Shown one piece after another: positions 20,066 to 32,024 of a stretch of DNA of 64,000 bases; position 1 is the first letter of the stretch, and every line of letters starts with the position of its first letter. This DNA comes from an uncultured bacterium (GTDB lineage: Bacteria > Zhuqueibacterota > QNDG01 > DTFT01). The position numbers were made by a program, and so were the translations under genes. The notes under the pieces are model-generated. The model was not told where the DNA came from. It saw nothing but the letters and a program-made list of their open reading frames with translations, and searched no databases. The stretch covers positions 128,001 through 192,000 of the forward strand of contig CAVTNR010000008.1 of NCBI GenBank assembly GCA_963736115.1. Reading direction: 5' to 3'.

Positions 20066-21247
20066 ATGAATCGTAACAACAACGCTTTTTTTCCCGCACC
20101 CGGCGAGGCGGACAACATTCATTTTCTGAATGTGAATGAGGATGACTGCATGCGGTGCGGCAAATGTGAAGGCGTCTGCCCGACGGGCGCCATCGCGCGA
20201 ACCCTGCCGGAGACTCCCTGGTGCGTTCACCACATCCCCAATCCGGCGGCCTGCATCGCCTGCGGTCAGTGCCTGAAGGGGTGTCCCGAATCCGCGATTC
20301 AGGAGACCGTCTCTTTCATGGATGAAATCCGGCGGAAACTCGCGGATCCGGACGTGGTCACCGTGGCCATGCCCGCGCCGTCGATCCGCTACACGCTGGG
20401 GGAGGCGTTCGGGGACGACGCGCCGCGGTACGAGGCGGGCCGGATGTTCGCCGCGCTCCGGAGGCTCGGATTCGACAAGGTCTGGGACGTTGAATTCGGC
20501 GCGGATCTGACGATTCTGGAGGAAAGCGCCGAACTTCTGGGCCGGATTCGGGGCGAGCTGGACCGGCCGCTGCCTCTCCTGACCTCGTGCTGTCCCGGAT
20601 GGGTCCGTTTCGTGGAAACGTACCATCCCACGCTCATCCCCAACCTCTCAACCGCGCGTTCCCCGGCCCAGATGCTCGGCGTGATCGCCAAAACCAGGGG
20701 CGCGTCGCAGATCGGAGTGAGCGCGGACAATCTCTACACGGTCCAGATCATGCCCTGCATCGCCAAGAAATTCGAGGAATTGAGGATCGAAAACGCGAAG
20801 TCCGGATTTCGGGATATTGACGCCACGATCAATACGCGCGAGCTCATCCAGTGGCTCAAGGACTCGGCCGTGGATTTCGACGTCCTGCCGGAAGAGCAGG
20901 CGGATGATCCTTTCCGCGCATCCACCGGCGCGGCGACCATCTTCGGGGCGACCGGCGGCGTCATGGAAGCCGCGCTCCGCCGCGTGACGGAAGAACTGGA
21001 CGGAAGACCGCTGGAAAACGTGGAATTCCGATCCGTCCGGGGTACCGAAGGGGTTCGTGAGGCGGAAATCACGGCGGGCGGACAGACGTTCAAGGTCGCG
21101 GTCGTGAGCGGCGCGATCAACGCCGGTCCGGTCTGCGCGGCCATCAAGGCGGGAACGTCCCCCTACGCGGCGGTCGAAGTGATGGCTTGTCCGGGCGGCT
21201 GTCTCAACGGCGGCGGTCAACCCATTGAAAAAGAATATACAACTTGA
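20066..21247 (+). CDS. hydA: [FeFe]-hydrogenase large subunit (2x[4Fe-4S] + H-cluster)
   Basis: CMRCGKCEGVCP and CIACGQCLKGCP; L1 TSCCPGW, L2 MPCIAKKFE, L3 EVMACPGGCLNGGGQP; no signal peptide. Confidence 0.96.
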   Translation: MNRNNNAFFPAPGEADNIHFLNVNEDDCMRCGKCEGVCPTGAIARTLPETPWCVHHIPNPAACIACGQCLKGCPESAIQETVSFMDEIRRKLADPDVVTVAMPAPSIRYTLGEAFGDDAPRYEAGRMFAALRRLGFDKVWDVEFGADLTILEESAELLGRIRGELDRPLPLLTSCCPGWVRFVETYHPTLIPNLSTARSPAQMLGVIAKTRGASQIGVSADNLYTVQIMPCIAKKFEELRIENAKSGFRDIDATINTRELIQWLKDSAVDFDVLPEEQADDPFRASTGAATIFGATGGVMEAALRRVTEELDGRPLENVEFRSVRGTEGVREAEITAGGQTFKVAVVSGAINAGPVCAAIKAGTSPYAAVEVMACPGGCLNGGGQPIEKEYTT

Positions 21248-21260
21248 TGCGAGGTCTCTG

Positions 21261-21878
21261 ATGAGTGAAGCCATCAATGAAAAACGGACGGTCACCCGCC
21301 GCGATTTTCTCAAGATATCAGGCGTCATTTCCGCGCTGATCGTGACGGGCATCAAGTCCGCCGCGCACGCGGCGCAGAAGGCGGTTGAAAACTTTCTGGC
21401 GCGGATAGAGGCCGCGTACGCGCAGGATGCCGCAATGCCCCTCCGCAAGTCGCAGGACAATCCGCAGCTGCAGAGCCTGTACGCGGACTTCCTCGGCCGG
21501 CCGCTCGGCGGGATGTCCGAAAGCCTTCTGCATACCAGCTACACGGACCGTTCCTCGGCCGTCTCCGTGGCACGGCCGGGGGCCGTCCGTTCCCTGCCCG
21601 AGTCTCCGGTGATCGAGTCGGTCTATCCGAATCCGTTCAACGCATCGGCTGAAATCGAATTCCGCATATCCGCGCCGGGAATGGTATGGCTCGCGGTTTT
21701 CAACGCCGCGGGACAGCGGGTGCGCTCGCTCGCGGAAGAGCGCATGCCGGCGGGAGACCACCGGATCCGGTGGGACGGAAAGGACTCCTACGGCAGGAGC
21801 GCCCCGTCCGGGATATACATCGCCCGGCTTGTATCGGGATCGCGGACGGCCGCGATCCGCATGACGCTGATGAAATGA
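21261..21878 (+). CDS. hydB: [FeFe]-hydrogenase small subunit with Tat signal, fused to a T9SS/FlgD-Ig C-terminal domain
   Basis: TRRDFLK..AHA; RIEAAYAQD..LRKSQDNP..LY..PLG..LLHT; then YPNPFN..VFNAAGQRVRSL..WDGKD..SGIY..MTLMK. GAGGT RBS at 21251. Confidence 0.92.
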   Translation: MSEAINEKRTVTRRDFLKISGVISALIVTGIKSAAHAAQKAVENFLARIEAAYAQDAAMPLRKSQDNPQLQSLYADFLGRPLGGMSESLLHTSYTDRSSAVSVARPGAVRSLPESPVIESVYPNPFNASAEIEFRISAPGMVWLAVFNAAGQRVRSLAEERMPAGDHRIRWDGKDSYGRSAPSGIYIARLVSGSRTAAIRMTLMK

Positions 21879-21949
21879 TGCCGAATGATGAATCTGACAG
21901 CGAGCGCATTTCCCGGCTTCGCCGGACCAAGCAACCGGATTCTTTCTCA

Positions 21950-22136
21950 TTGAAGGCCCGCGGCTTGTCTTCAACAAGCAGGCATATAATAGCTTGATCC
22001 CGCGCAGCGGGCCGCGGGGTAAGCGAGCGAATATCAGATGTCTCTTCTCTACAGATAGAAGATTCCCCGCCGCTTGCCTTCAAACAGAAGGCATATAATA
22101 GCTTGGTCCCGCGAAGCGGGCGGCGGGGAGCTTCAA
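21950..22136. mobile_element. MITE/PATE-like element, copy 2, with two 44-bp insertions
   Basis: TTGAAG...CTTCAA ends; shared core; both hairpins interrupted (21968-22011, 22077-22120). Confidence 0.75.
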
Positions 22137-22222
22137 TGGCGGAAGGCGGAAGAAAGCCGGATGATCCTCGCCCGTATGCTTTGAACCTTGAACTTTGAAC
22201 TATTACTGGAGGGAGGGCTTCC

Positions 22223-22669
22223 ATGGACTTCGACTCTTTTATGTCCCGTTATTTCTGGATCGTCCTTCCCGTTTTCTGGGTTCTCATGTGCCGGCTGGTC
22301 GCCCGGATAAGCGGATGGAATGCCCTGGCCGAATCCTACGCGGCCCAGTCCGACGCCACTGGAACGATTCTCCGGTTCCAGAGCGGTTCCTTCCGCTGGA
22401 GCGCCAATTACAGCGGGCTGCTGAATGTCGGAGCGGACAGCAGCGGACTGCACCTGTCCGTGATCATGTTTTTCAAGCCCGGGCATGCGCCGCTGTCCAT
22501 CCCGTGGAGCGACATTCGGGCCGAACCGCATGGCGTGTTCACGCCGGCGGTGCGCCTGACCTTCAGCCGCAATCCGAAATGTCCGCTTTTCATTTCCGGA
22601 AATCTGGCGCAGAGGATCGCAACGATGAGCGGGGGAGGGTTTACGGTGCCGGCGCAAAAGAGTTCATAG
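22223..22669 (+). CDS. membrane-anchored hypothetical protein
   Basis: GGAGGG RBS; N-terminal TM; SGW..LA..Y, GLHL, PLSIPWSDI. Confidence 0.75.
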   Translation: MDFDSFMSRYFWIVLPVFWVLMCRLVARISGWNALAESYAAQSDATGTILRFQSGSFRWSANYSGLLNVGADSSGLHLSVIMFFKPGHAPLSIPWSDIRAEPHGVFTPAVRLTFSRNPKCPLFISGNLAQRIATMSGGGFTVPAQKSS

Positions 22670-22782
22670 TTGATAGTTCATGGTTCATAGTTAGAAAAAC
22701 GTGAAATGTAGCTCTGTTTTTCACTATGAACCATGAACTATCAACTATGAACTGTTTTTTTGTTAACCATGAACTATGAACT
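22661..22782. repeat. inverted heptamer arrays
   Basis: 22661-22691 and 22723-22753 are exact 31-bp reverse complements, including the variant unit. Confidence 0.9.
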
Positions 22783-22793
22783 TTTTTTGATAT

Positions 22794-22830
22794 AAAAAAG
22801 CCCCGCCGGTACCGAAACAGGCGGGGCTTT
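22794..22830 (-). terminator. intrinsic terminator downstream of ligA
   Basis: GCCCCGCC-loop-GGCGGGGC with T run on the minus strand. Confidence 0.75.
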
Positions 22831-22964
22831 CATCCCAGAGAAGGAGGAGGGAACGTTCAATGCCGGAGATTTCGCAATCCATCCGAAATCACCATTAAGA
22901 TACGAATGACGCCCCTCCGCGGTGTTGTTTTTCTGTCATTTTTTGTATTCAATCGTCACGCAGC

Positions 22965-25013
22965 CTACAGGCTGATTTTCAGTTGTCCGCCGGCCTGCGG
23001 TTTTCTCCGTTTCGCCTTTTCCAGCCGTCCGACGAAGGTGTCCTCGTCCATGATCGGGATGCCGAGGTCGAGCGCCTTCCGGTATTTGGATCCGGGCTCC
23101 GCGCCCGCGAGCACGAAGTCGGTGTTCCGGCTGACCGATCCCGTGACCACGCCGCCTTCCGCCTCGATGCGCCGCGCCGCTTCCTCTCGCGTGAAGCCCT
23201 GGAGCGTTCCGGTCAGCACGAAAATACGGCCTTGAAAAACGCCGCCTTCGGACGGCTTTTTCCGTTCCTGCTCCGTCCGGACGCCCGCGGTTTTCAGCTT
23301 TTCCAGAACCTTCCGGTTGCCCTTCCGTGAAAAGAACTGCGCGACGCTGTCCGCGATGACCGGGCCGACGCCCTCCACAGCGGCCAGTTCCTCGGGCGAC
23401 GCGGCCGCGATCGCGTCGATGGAGCCGAAACGGTCCGCGAGCAGGGACGCGACGTTTTCACCCACGTGCCGGATGCCCAGGCTGAACAGCACCCGGTCGA
23501 GCGGCCGCTGTTTTGATTTTTCGACCGCGGCCGTGAGGTTGGCCGCGCTTTTCTCGCCCATGCGGTCGAGCGACGCGAGCTTTTCACGCTTCATCGCATA
23601 GAGGTCGCCGAAATCCGAGACCAGACGGTTTTCGAGGAGCAGGCGGACCACCGCGTCTCCGAGCCCGTCGATGTCCATGGCGCCGCGCGAGGCAAAATGC
23701 GTGATCCGGCGGAGCACCTGGGCGGGGCAGGCGACGTTTTCGCACCGCACCGCGACCTCGTCCTCGGTCCGTGAAACCGGCGAGCCGCAGACCGGGCAGT
23801 CCGCCGGCATTTCGAAGGGCCGAGAGTCTTTGTGCCTTTTCGCGAGCACGACGGACGCGATCTTGGGGATAACGTCGCCGCCCTTTTCGATCAGAACGGT
23901 GTCGCCTTCGCGTATGTCCTTGCGCCGGATTTCCTCCTCGTTGTGCAGTGTGGCGCGGCTGATCGTGGACCCCGCGAGGAAAACGGGAGCGAGTTCGGCC
24001 ACGGGCGTGATCGCGCCGGTCCGGCCGACCTGAAAGTAGATTTTTTTCAGCACGGTCGCGGCCTGGCGCGCCTTGAACTTGTAGGCGACGGCCCAGCGCG
24101 GGCTTTTGGCCGTCACGCCCAGCCGCTCCTGCTGGCCGATGGCGTTGACCTTGACGACCACGCCGTCGATCTCGAAGGGGAGGCTGTCGCGCCGCTCCTC
24201 CCAGCCGCCGCAGAACTCGACCACTTCCCACATGGATTTGCACAGGGCCGAGTGGCGGCTGACCGGAATCCCCAGCTCGCGCAGAATGTGCAGGCGGTCC
24301 AGCTGGGTGCCGGCCGGGACGTCCGCGATCAGCGCGTACGCGGTGAACTGGAGCGGCCGCCGGGCCACCGCCTTCGGATCCTGCAGTTTCAGCGTGCCGC
24401 CCGCGGCGTTGCGGGGATTGGCGAAAAGCTTCTCGTCCAGTTTCTCCTGGTCCCGGTTCATTTTCTCGAATCCGGCCTTGGGGATGTACACCTCGCCCCG
24501 CGCCTCGACGTCCGCCGGCAGTCCGGGATCCGCGAACAACCGGAGCGGGATGGAGCGCACGGTCTTCAGGTTTTCCGTGATGTCGTCTCCGCGTTCGCCG
24601 TCCCCCCGGGTCGCGCCGCGGACGAACCGGCCGGCCTCGTAGACCAGGCTGACCGCGATGCCGTCGAATTTGAGCTCGGCCACGTACTCGACGGGCTCGT
24701 CCGGAAGCGCGTTCCGGATCCGCTTTTCGAACTCCATCAGCTCGTCGGTGGAATACGTGTTCGAGAGGCTCAGCATCGGCGCCGCGTGCGTCACCGCAGG
24801 GAATTCCTTCGTCGGCGCGCCCCCGACACGGCGGGTGGGCGAGTCCGGGGTGACGAGGTCCGGCCGGGCCGCCTCCAGGTCCGAGAGCCGGGCCAGGAGC
24901 CGGTCGTATTCCCGGTCCTGAATCTCCGGATCGTTCAGCACGTAATAGCGGTGATCGTGCCTGCGGATCTCCTCGCGGAGGGATTCGATCTCTTTTTCCA
25001 TGTCGGAAGGCAT
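22965..25013 (-). CDS. ligA: NAD-dependent DNA ligase
   Basis: ELKFDG, TRGDG, FANPRNAA, DGVVVK, Zn finger CPVC..C..C, BRCT domain. Confidence 0.97.
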   Translation of the reverse strand: MPSDMEKEIESLREEIRRHDHRYYVLNDPEIQDREYDRLLARLSDLEAARPDLVTPDSPTRRVGGAPTKEFPAVTHAAPMLSLSNTYSTDELMEFEKRIRNALPDEPVEYVAELKFDGIAVSLVYEAGRFVRGATRGDGERGDDITENLKTVRSIPLRLFADPGLPADVEARGEVYIPKAGFEKMNRDQEKLDEKLFANPRNAAGGTLKLQDPKAVARRPLQFTAYALIADVPAGTQLDRLHILRELGIPVSRHSALCKSMWEVVEFCGGWEERRDSLPFEIDGVVVKVNAIGQQERLGVTAKSPRWAVAYKFKARQAATVLKKIYFQVGRTGAITPVAELAPVFLAGSTISRATLHNEEEIRRKDIREGDTVLIEKGGDVIPKIASVVLAKRHKDSRPFEMPADCPVCGSPVSRTEDEVAVRCENVACPAQVLRRITHFASRGAMDIDGLGDAVVRLLLENRLVSDFGDLYAMKREKLASLDRMGEKSAANLTAAVEKSKQRPLDRVLFSLGIRHVGENVASLLADRFGSIDAIAAASPEELAAVEGVGPVIADSVAQFFSRKGNRKVLEKLKTAGVRTEQERKKPSEGGVFQGRIFVLTGTLQGFTREEAARRIEAEGGVVTGSVSRNTDFVLAGAEPGSKYRKALDLGIPIMDEDTFVGRLEKAKRRKPQAGGQLKISL

Positions 25014-25203
25014 GGGGGCTCCTGCATGCGGGGTGGGCGGTGACCCCATAAACTATCACAAAATTTATTCTTAGTCAACAAAATATTTCTTGTTTTCGCG
25101 CGTTTTAAGTAGTATCTTACTGCCCGCGTTTTTGGGCGACGGACCCAAAAGCGGTTTTTTATGCCTTGTGCCAAACAGGAAAGGTGAATAAAAACAACCC
25201 ACT

Positions 25204-27282
25204 ATGTTTACCGACCTCCAGAAACTGCGAAACATCGGGATCAGCGCGCACATCGATTCGGGCAAAACCACGCTCACTGAGCGCATCCTGTTCTACACCA
25301 AGAAAATCCACGCCATCCACGAGGTCCACGACAAGGAGTCCGGCGCCACCATGGATTCCATGGACCTGGAACGCGAGCGCGGCATCACCATATCCTCCGC
25401 CTCCACGAACGTGGAATGGAAGAAATACTCGATCAACATCATCGACACGCCCGGCCACGTGGACTTCACCATCGAGGTCGAGCGGTCGCTCCGCGTCCTC
25501 GACGGCGCCATTCTCGTTCTGTGCGCCATCGGCGGGGTGCAGTCGCAGTCCCTGACCGTGGACCGCCAGATGAAGCGCTACAAGGTGCCGCGCATCGCTT
25601 TCATCAACAAGTGCGACCGCATGGGCGCTGACCCCGACCGCGTCGTCAACCAAATGAAGGACAAGCTGGGCGACAACGCGGTGCTGATGCAGATTCCCAT
25701 CGGCCTCGAGTCGGCCTTTGAGGGCGTCATCGACCTGATCCGCATGAAAGCGCACTATTTCGACGGGGCGAACGGCGAAATAGTGAGGGAGGAGGAAATC
25801 CCCGCCGCCCTGGTGGAGAAGGCGAAAGCCAAGCGCGACGTGATGCTCGACACAGTGTCGCTGTTCAGCGACCGCCTCATGGAGGCGTACCTCGAGGACC
25901 GGGTCGAAGAGGACATGATCCACGAGGCCGTCCGGAAGGGGACGCTCTCGCTCGGCCTCACCCCGGTGTATGTCGGGTCCGCGTTCAAGAACAAGGGCGT
26001 TCAGCTCCTGCTCGACGCGGTGCTGGCCTATCTGCCCGGCCCCGCGGACGTGAAGAACACGGCCCTGGACCTGGACCACGAAGAGGCGCCGGTCGAGCTG
26101 AAGTCCGATGTCGAGGCGCCGCTGGTCATGATCGCGTTCAAGCTCGACGACACCCGGTACGGCCAGCTCACCTACGTCCGGATCTATCAGGGGCACGTCC
26201 AGAAGGGCGACGAGATCACGAATTCCAGGACGGGTAAAAGCGTCCGCGTCGGCCGCCTCATCCGGATGCACGCAGACGAGATGGAGGATATCACGGAGGC
26301 GGGCGTCGGGGACATCGTGGCCCTGTTCGGCGTGGATTGCGCGTCGGGCGATACGTTCACCGGCGGCGGCGTCCGGTACGCCATGACCTCGATGTTCGTG
26401 CCGAACCCCGTCATTTCGCTTTCGCTCAAGCCGAAGGACAACAAGTCGCTCGAGGGCATGGCGAAGGCGCTCAACCGGTTCACGAAGGAGGACCCGACCT
26501 TCCAGACCTACGTGGACCCGGAGAGCAACGACACGATCATCCGCGGGATGGGGGAGCTCCACCTCGACATCTACATCGAGCGGATGCGGCGCGAGTACAA
26601 GGTCGAACTCGAGACCGGCGCGCCCCAGGTGGCCTACCGCGAGAGCATCTCGCGGAGCGCCGATTTCGACTACACGCACAAGAAGCAGACGGGCGGCTCC
26701 GGACAGTTCGGCCGGGTCTGCGGCCGCATGGATCCCTTCCACGAGGGAGAATTCGAATTCGCGGACGAGATCAAGGGCGGCTCGATTCCCCTGGAATTCA
26801 TCCCCTCCTGCCGGAAGGGATTCGAGGCCTGCCTCGCCAAGGGGTCGATCATCGGGTTCCCCATCGTGGGCGTGAAAGTCACCCTCAACGACGGGAATTC
26901 GCATGCGGTCGATTCGTCCGACGTAGCGTTCCAGCAGGCGGCCATCGGCGCCTTCCGCCAGGCCTACGGCAAGTGCAAGCCCGTCATCCTCGAGCCGATC
27001 ATGAAGGTCGTCGTGGAGTGCCCCTCCGAGTACCAGGGCACGGCCCTCGGCACCATCAACCAGCGGCGGGGCATCATCCACAGCGCGACGGAGGACAAGA
27101 ACTTTACCGTCATCGAGTCCGAAGTGCCGCTGGCCGAGATGTTCGGCTATTCCACCGTCCTGCGGTCCGCGACCCAGGGCAAGGCCGAATTCACGATGGA
27201 ATTCTCCCAGTACAAGAAAGTGCCGGAATCCATATCCGAGGAACTGATCAAGAAATACGCTGACAAGGCCAAAGGCCGCTAA
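25204..27282 (+). CDS. fusA: elongation factor G (stand-alone, spd/mtEFG1-like)
   Basis: [36 protein letters not shown]. Confidence 0.96.
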   Translation: MFTDLQKLRNIGISAHIDSGKTTLTERILFYTKKIHAIHEVHDKESGATMDSMDLERERGITISSASTNVEWKKYSINIIDTPGHVDFTIEVERSLRVLDGAILVLCAIGGVQSQSLTVDRQMKRYKVPRIAFINKCDRMGADPDRVVNQMKDKLGDNAVLMQIPIGLESAFEGVIDLIRMKAHYFDGANGEIVREEEIPAALVEKAKAKRDVMLDTVSLFSDRLMEAYLEDRVEEDMIHEAVRKGTLSLGLTPVYVGSAFKNKGVQLLLDAVLAYLPGPADVKNTALDLDHEEAPVELKSDVEAPLVMIAFKLDDTRYGQLTYVRIYQGHVQKGDEITNSRTGKSVRVGRLIRMHADEMEDITEAGVGDIVALFGVDCASGDTFTGGGVRYAMTSMFVPNPVISLSLKPKDNKSLEGMAKALNRFTKEDPTFQTYVDPESNDTIIRGMGELHLDIYIERMRREYKVELETGAPQVAYRESISRSADFDYTHKKQTGGSGQFGRVCGRMDPFHEGEFEFADEIKGGSIPLEFIPSCRKGFEACLAKGSIIGFPIVGVKVTLNDGNSHAVDSSDVAFQQAAIGAFRQAYGKCKPVILEPIMKVVVECPSEYQGTALGTINQRRGIIHSATEDKNFTVIESEVPLAEMFGYSTVLRSATQGKAEFTMEFSQYKKVPESISEELIKKYADKAKGR

Positions 27283-27319
27283 CCCCGGTCCACGGACCGT
27301 CATCCGAAAGGCTTTACGA

Positions 27320-28030
27320 ATGGTAAAAAAAGAACTGAACCAGAGAAGCCCCATCCGTGTCCTCGAGAAGTCGATTCACGGGGGACTGGGTCGGGGCAAC
27401 CTCGGAGTATTTGCATCCAAGAAGGGTGTGGGGAAGACCGCCTGCCTGGCGCATGTCGCGCTCGACTGCCTGCTCCGCGGGGAAAAGGTCCTGCACGTGT
27501 CCTTTTCGGACAACCCCAGTCACATCGAGAGCTGGTACGAGCACGTCTTCCAGGAGATGGCGGCGACCTTCCGGCTCGAGGACGTGAGGGACGTGCACGA
27601 CGAAATCGTTTCCAACCGGCTGATCGTTCATTTCCGGCAGGCCGACCGCACGTTGCAGCAGGTCCGCTCGCACATGGACACGGTCACCGCGGGCTCCGGC
27701 TTCACGCCCGCCGTCATCATCGTTGACGGATTTTCGTTCACGGCCGCGAACGACGCGGACTGGGCGATATGGAAGGAAATCGCGGCCGAACGTAAAGTCG
27801 AGATCTGGTTTTCCGCCTCCCTGCCCCCGGGCGAAATCGTCACGGACGATTCCGGCATTCCGGCGCCGGTGGCCGCGGGCAAGCGCTTTTTTTCGGTGAT
27901 CATTCAGCTCCAACCGATGCAGGACCACATCGATCTGAAACTGCTCAAGGACCGCGACAGCGTCGATCTCGAGAAACTCCGCCTCAAGCTCGATCCGAGG
28001 ACACTCCTGATCGCGAATCACCGCGCGTAA
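27320..28030 (+). CDS. RecA/KaiC-like P-loop ATPase
   Basis: GGLGRGNLGVFASKKGVGKTA, KVLHVSF, IIVDG. Confidence 0.8.
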   Translation: MVKKELNQRSPIRVLEKSIHGGLGRGNLGVFASKKGVGKTACLAHVALDCLLRGEKVLHVSFSDNPSHIESWYEHVFQEMAATFRLEDVRDVHDEIVSNRLIVHFRQADRTLQQVRSHMDTVTAGSGFTPAVIIVDGFSFTAANDADWAIWKEIAAERKVEIWFSASLPPGEIVTDDSGIPAPVAAGKRFFSVIIQLQPMQDHIDLKLLKDRDSVDLEKLRLKLDPRTLLIANHRA

Positions 28031-28123
28031 CCGGCCGTAAAAGCCGCCGGCGCGTGACCGGCCGCCCAGTGTCCGTTGTTCCCCGGCCCTGAGCCGTGCC
28101 GCCTGCCCGGCTGTTCCCGGAAT

Positions 28124-28163
28124 AAAAAAAGCCGCCCCCTGGTTGGGGCGGCTTTCGTTTTTT
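28124..28163. terminator. bidirectional intrinsic terminator
   Basis: A-run GCCGCCCC-loop-GGGGCGGC then T-rich tail. Confidence 0.75.
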
Positions 28164-28260
28164 CAGATGACGGCCGGAGCTTCGGGTCCTTGGAACTTCG
28201 GGTGCCTGGAATACGGGAACCCGTGAACGCGGGATCGGCGGATTTTTCCCGAGCGGCGGC

Positions 28261-28418
28261 CGAATCTGTCAGCGAGCGTATACCCCGGAGCTTGCCTTAG
28301 CAGGCATCTGTAGATTGGTCCCGCGCAGCGGGACGGGCTCCGGGGTATGCGAGCGAATATAAATTGTCTTTTCTCTACAGATAGAAGATTCCCCGCCGCT
28401 TGCGGCGGGGAGCTTCAA
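28261..28418. mobile_element. MITE/PATE-like element, copy 3, with one 43-bp insertion
   Basis: Shared core and CTTCAA end; first hairpin interrupted at 28295-28337. Confidence 0.72.
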
Positions 28419-30362
<1,944 letters not shown>

Positions 30363-30381
30363 GAAGACGCCTCCCTTTTCC

Positions 30382-31869
30382 TTATGCGTTGAACGTGATC
30401 GTGAAACGCGCCCCGCGCGCTCCGCCCGCCCCGACCGGTCCGCCGCAGCCGTGGTTCACGTCGATCGTGCCCTTCAACTGCTGGGTGAGGCTGCGTATCA
30501 GCTGCATGCCGAGTGTCTCGCTGCGGTGCAGATCGAACGAATCGCCGAGCCCCACCCCGTCGTCCATGACGGTCAGGGCGACCGTGTTGTCGGCGCCCTT
30601 CGCGCAGTCGATGCGGATCGTTCCCTTCCGGTCGTCGGGAAAGGCGTATTTCAGCGCGTTGGTGACCAGTTCGTTGACGATGAGGGCGCAGGGAATGCCC
30701 TTGTCGATGCTCAGCATGACGTTCTCGAATCGCGTGTCGATGCGCACCTTCTGGAGCTGGGTGCCGTACGAGTTGGCCAGGTGGCCGATGAGGTTGCGCG
30801 TGTATTCCGAGAAGTCCACGTGGACCATGTCCTCCGACTGGTACAGCTTTTCGTGGATCAGCGCCATCGAACGGATGCGGTTCTGGCTCTCCACGAACAT
30901 GTCCAGGGCGCCGGTGTCCTTGATCTTCCGCGACTGCAGGTACAGCAGGCTCGAGATGACCTGGAGGTTGTTCTTGACCCGGTGGTGAATCTCCTTCAGC
31001 AGAACCTCCTTCTCCTGCAGGGACTCCCTCAGCTTGTTCTCAACCCGGATCCGCTCGAAAATCTCCTGCATGAGCTCCTGGGTGCGCTCCTGCACCCGCT
31101 TTTCCAGGTTCTCCTGCGCCCGGGTGAGGGCGTGGTCGCGCTCCTGAATCTGCGAGAGCATCTCGTTGAACCCGTCGATGAGCTGGCCGACCTCGTCGCG
31201 GCTTTTCTTCTCCACCCGGATCGAATAGTCGTTCTTCAGGGACACCGTGAAGGCCACCTCGGCGAGGTTCTGAATCGGCTTGGCGATCATCTGCTGCAGC
31301 CGCGACGCGACCGAGAAGGAGATCATGGCCGAAACCAGGATCATGATCAGCGCGATGAGGCCGTAGCGGGTGAATCGCGCGTGCATCTCCTGAAGGTCGT
31401 ACTTGATGTACACCGTGCCGATCCGGTCCTCCTCCAGCAGGACGGGCCGGGTCAGAATCAGGTGGTCCCCGGTGAAGACCTCCTGATCGACGGCCGAGGC
31501 CGGCGGAAATTCGGGCTTGGCGTTCTCGCGCAGATAGGTCGCGAACACCTGGCCGTCCGGCTTGTAGATGCAGGCCGACACGATGTGCTTCTGCGCGAGC
31601 AGGGCCGAGAGAATCTCCTCAGCGGTGCGGCCGTCGTCGAAGGCGAGCGCGGCGGTGCTGTTCCGGCCGATGATCTCGGCCGTGACGGTCAGCTCGCGGA
31701 GCACCGTGCGGCGGAAGGAGATCCGCTCGTACACGATGAACGCGGAGCAGGCCACGCAGAGCGCGATGGTCGTCGTCAGCAGGTCGATCAGCGTCAGCTT
31801 ACGCTTGATCGACAGGTGCCTAACGGACCGGAACAGGTCCGGCATATGTTCAAGTGCGCTTTTTTTCAT
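30382..31869 (-). CDS. membrane sensor kinase (periplasmic sensor-HAMP-HisKA_2)
   Basis: EIHHRVKNNLQ; NELVTNALKYAF; DDGVG; HAMP DEVGQLIDGFNEML. Confidence 0.92.
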   Translation of the reverse strand: MKKSALEHMPDLFRSVRHLSIKRKLTLIDLLTTTIALCVACSAFIVYERISFRRTVLRELTVTAEIIGRNSTAALAFDDGRTAEEILSALLAQKHIVSACIYKPDGQVFATYLRENAKPEFPPASAVDQEVFTGDHLILTRPVLLEEDRIGTVYIKYDLQEMHARFTRYGLIALIMILVSAMISFSVASRLQQMIAKPIQNLAEVAFTVSLKNDYSIRVEKKSRDEVGQLIDGFNEMLSQIQERDHALTRAQENLEKRVQERTQELMQEIFERIRVENKLRESLQEKEVLLKEIHHRVKNNLQVISSLLYLQSRKIKDTGALDMFVESQNRIRSMALIHEKLYQSEDMVHVDFSEYTRNLIGHLANSYGTQLQKVRIDTRFENVMLSIDKGIPCALIVNELVTNALKYAFPDDRKGTIRIDCAKGADNTVALTVMDDGVGLGDSFDLHRSETLGMQLIRSLTQQLKGTIDVNHGCGGPVGAGGARGARFTITFNA

Positions 31870-31895
31870 GAGATGGTCTTATCCGGGTCTATTTT

Positions 31896-31911
31896 TGCAA
31901 ATTACATGCCA
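31896..31911 (-). promoter_or_regulatory. sigma54-type promoter
   Basis: TGGCATGTAATTTGCA (GG-N10-GC), 26 bp upstream of the kinase ATG. Confidence 0.65.
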
Positions 31912-32024
31912 TAAATAAATGCTTTGCTTTATTTTAGGGGTGTTCTTAATTTGTGGAATACAGGCATTTCGTCCGTGTGGAGGCCATACGGATAAGGACA
32001 GTTTAAACATGAAGATAATTGAAA

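Noticed and set aside
21225-21261. HydA-HydB as one protein by TGA read-through or frameshift
   Set aside because: The frames differ, and HydB has its own RBS, ATG and Tat signal.
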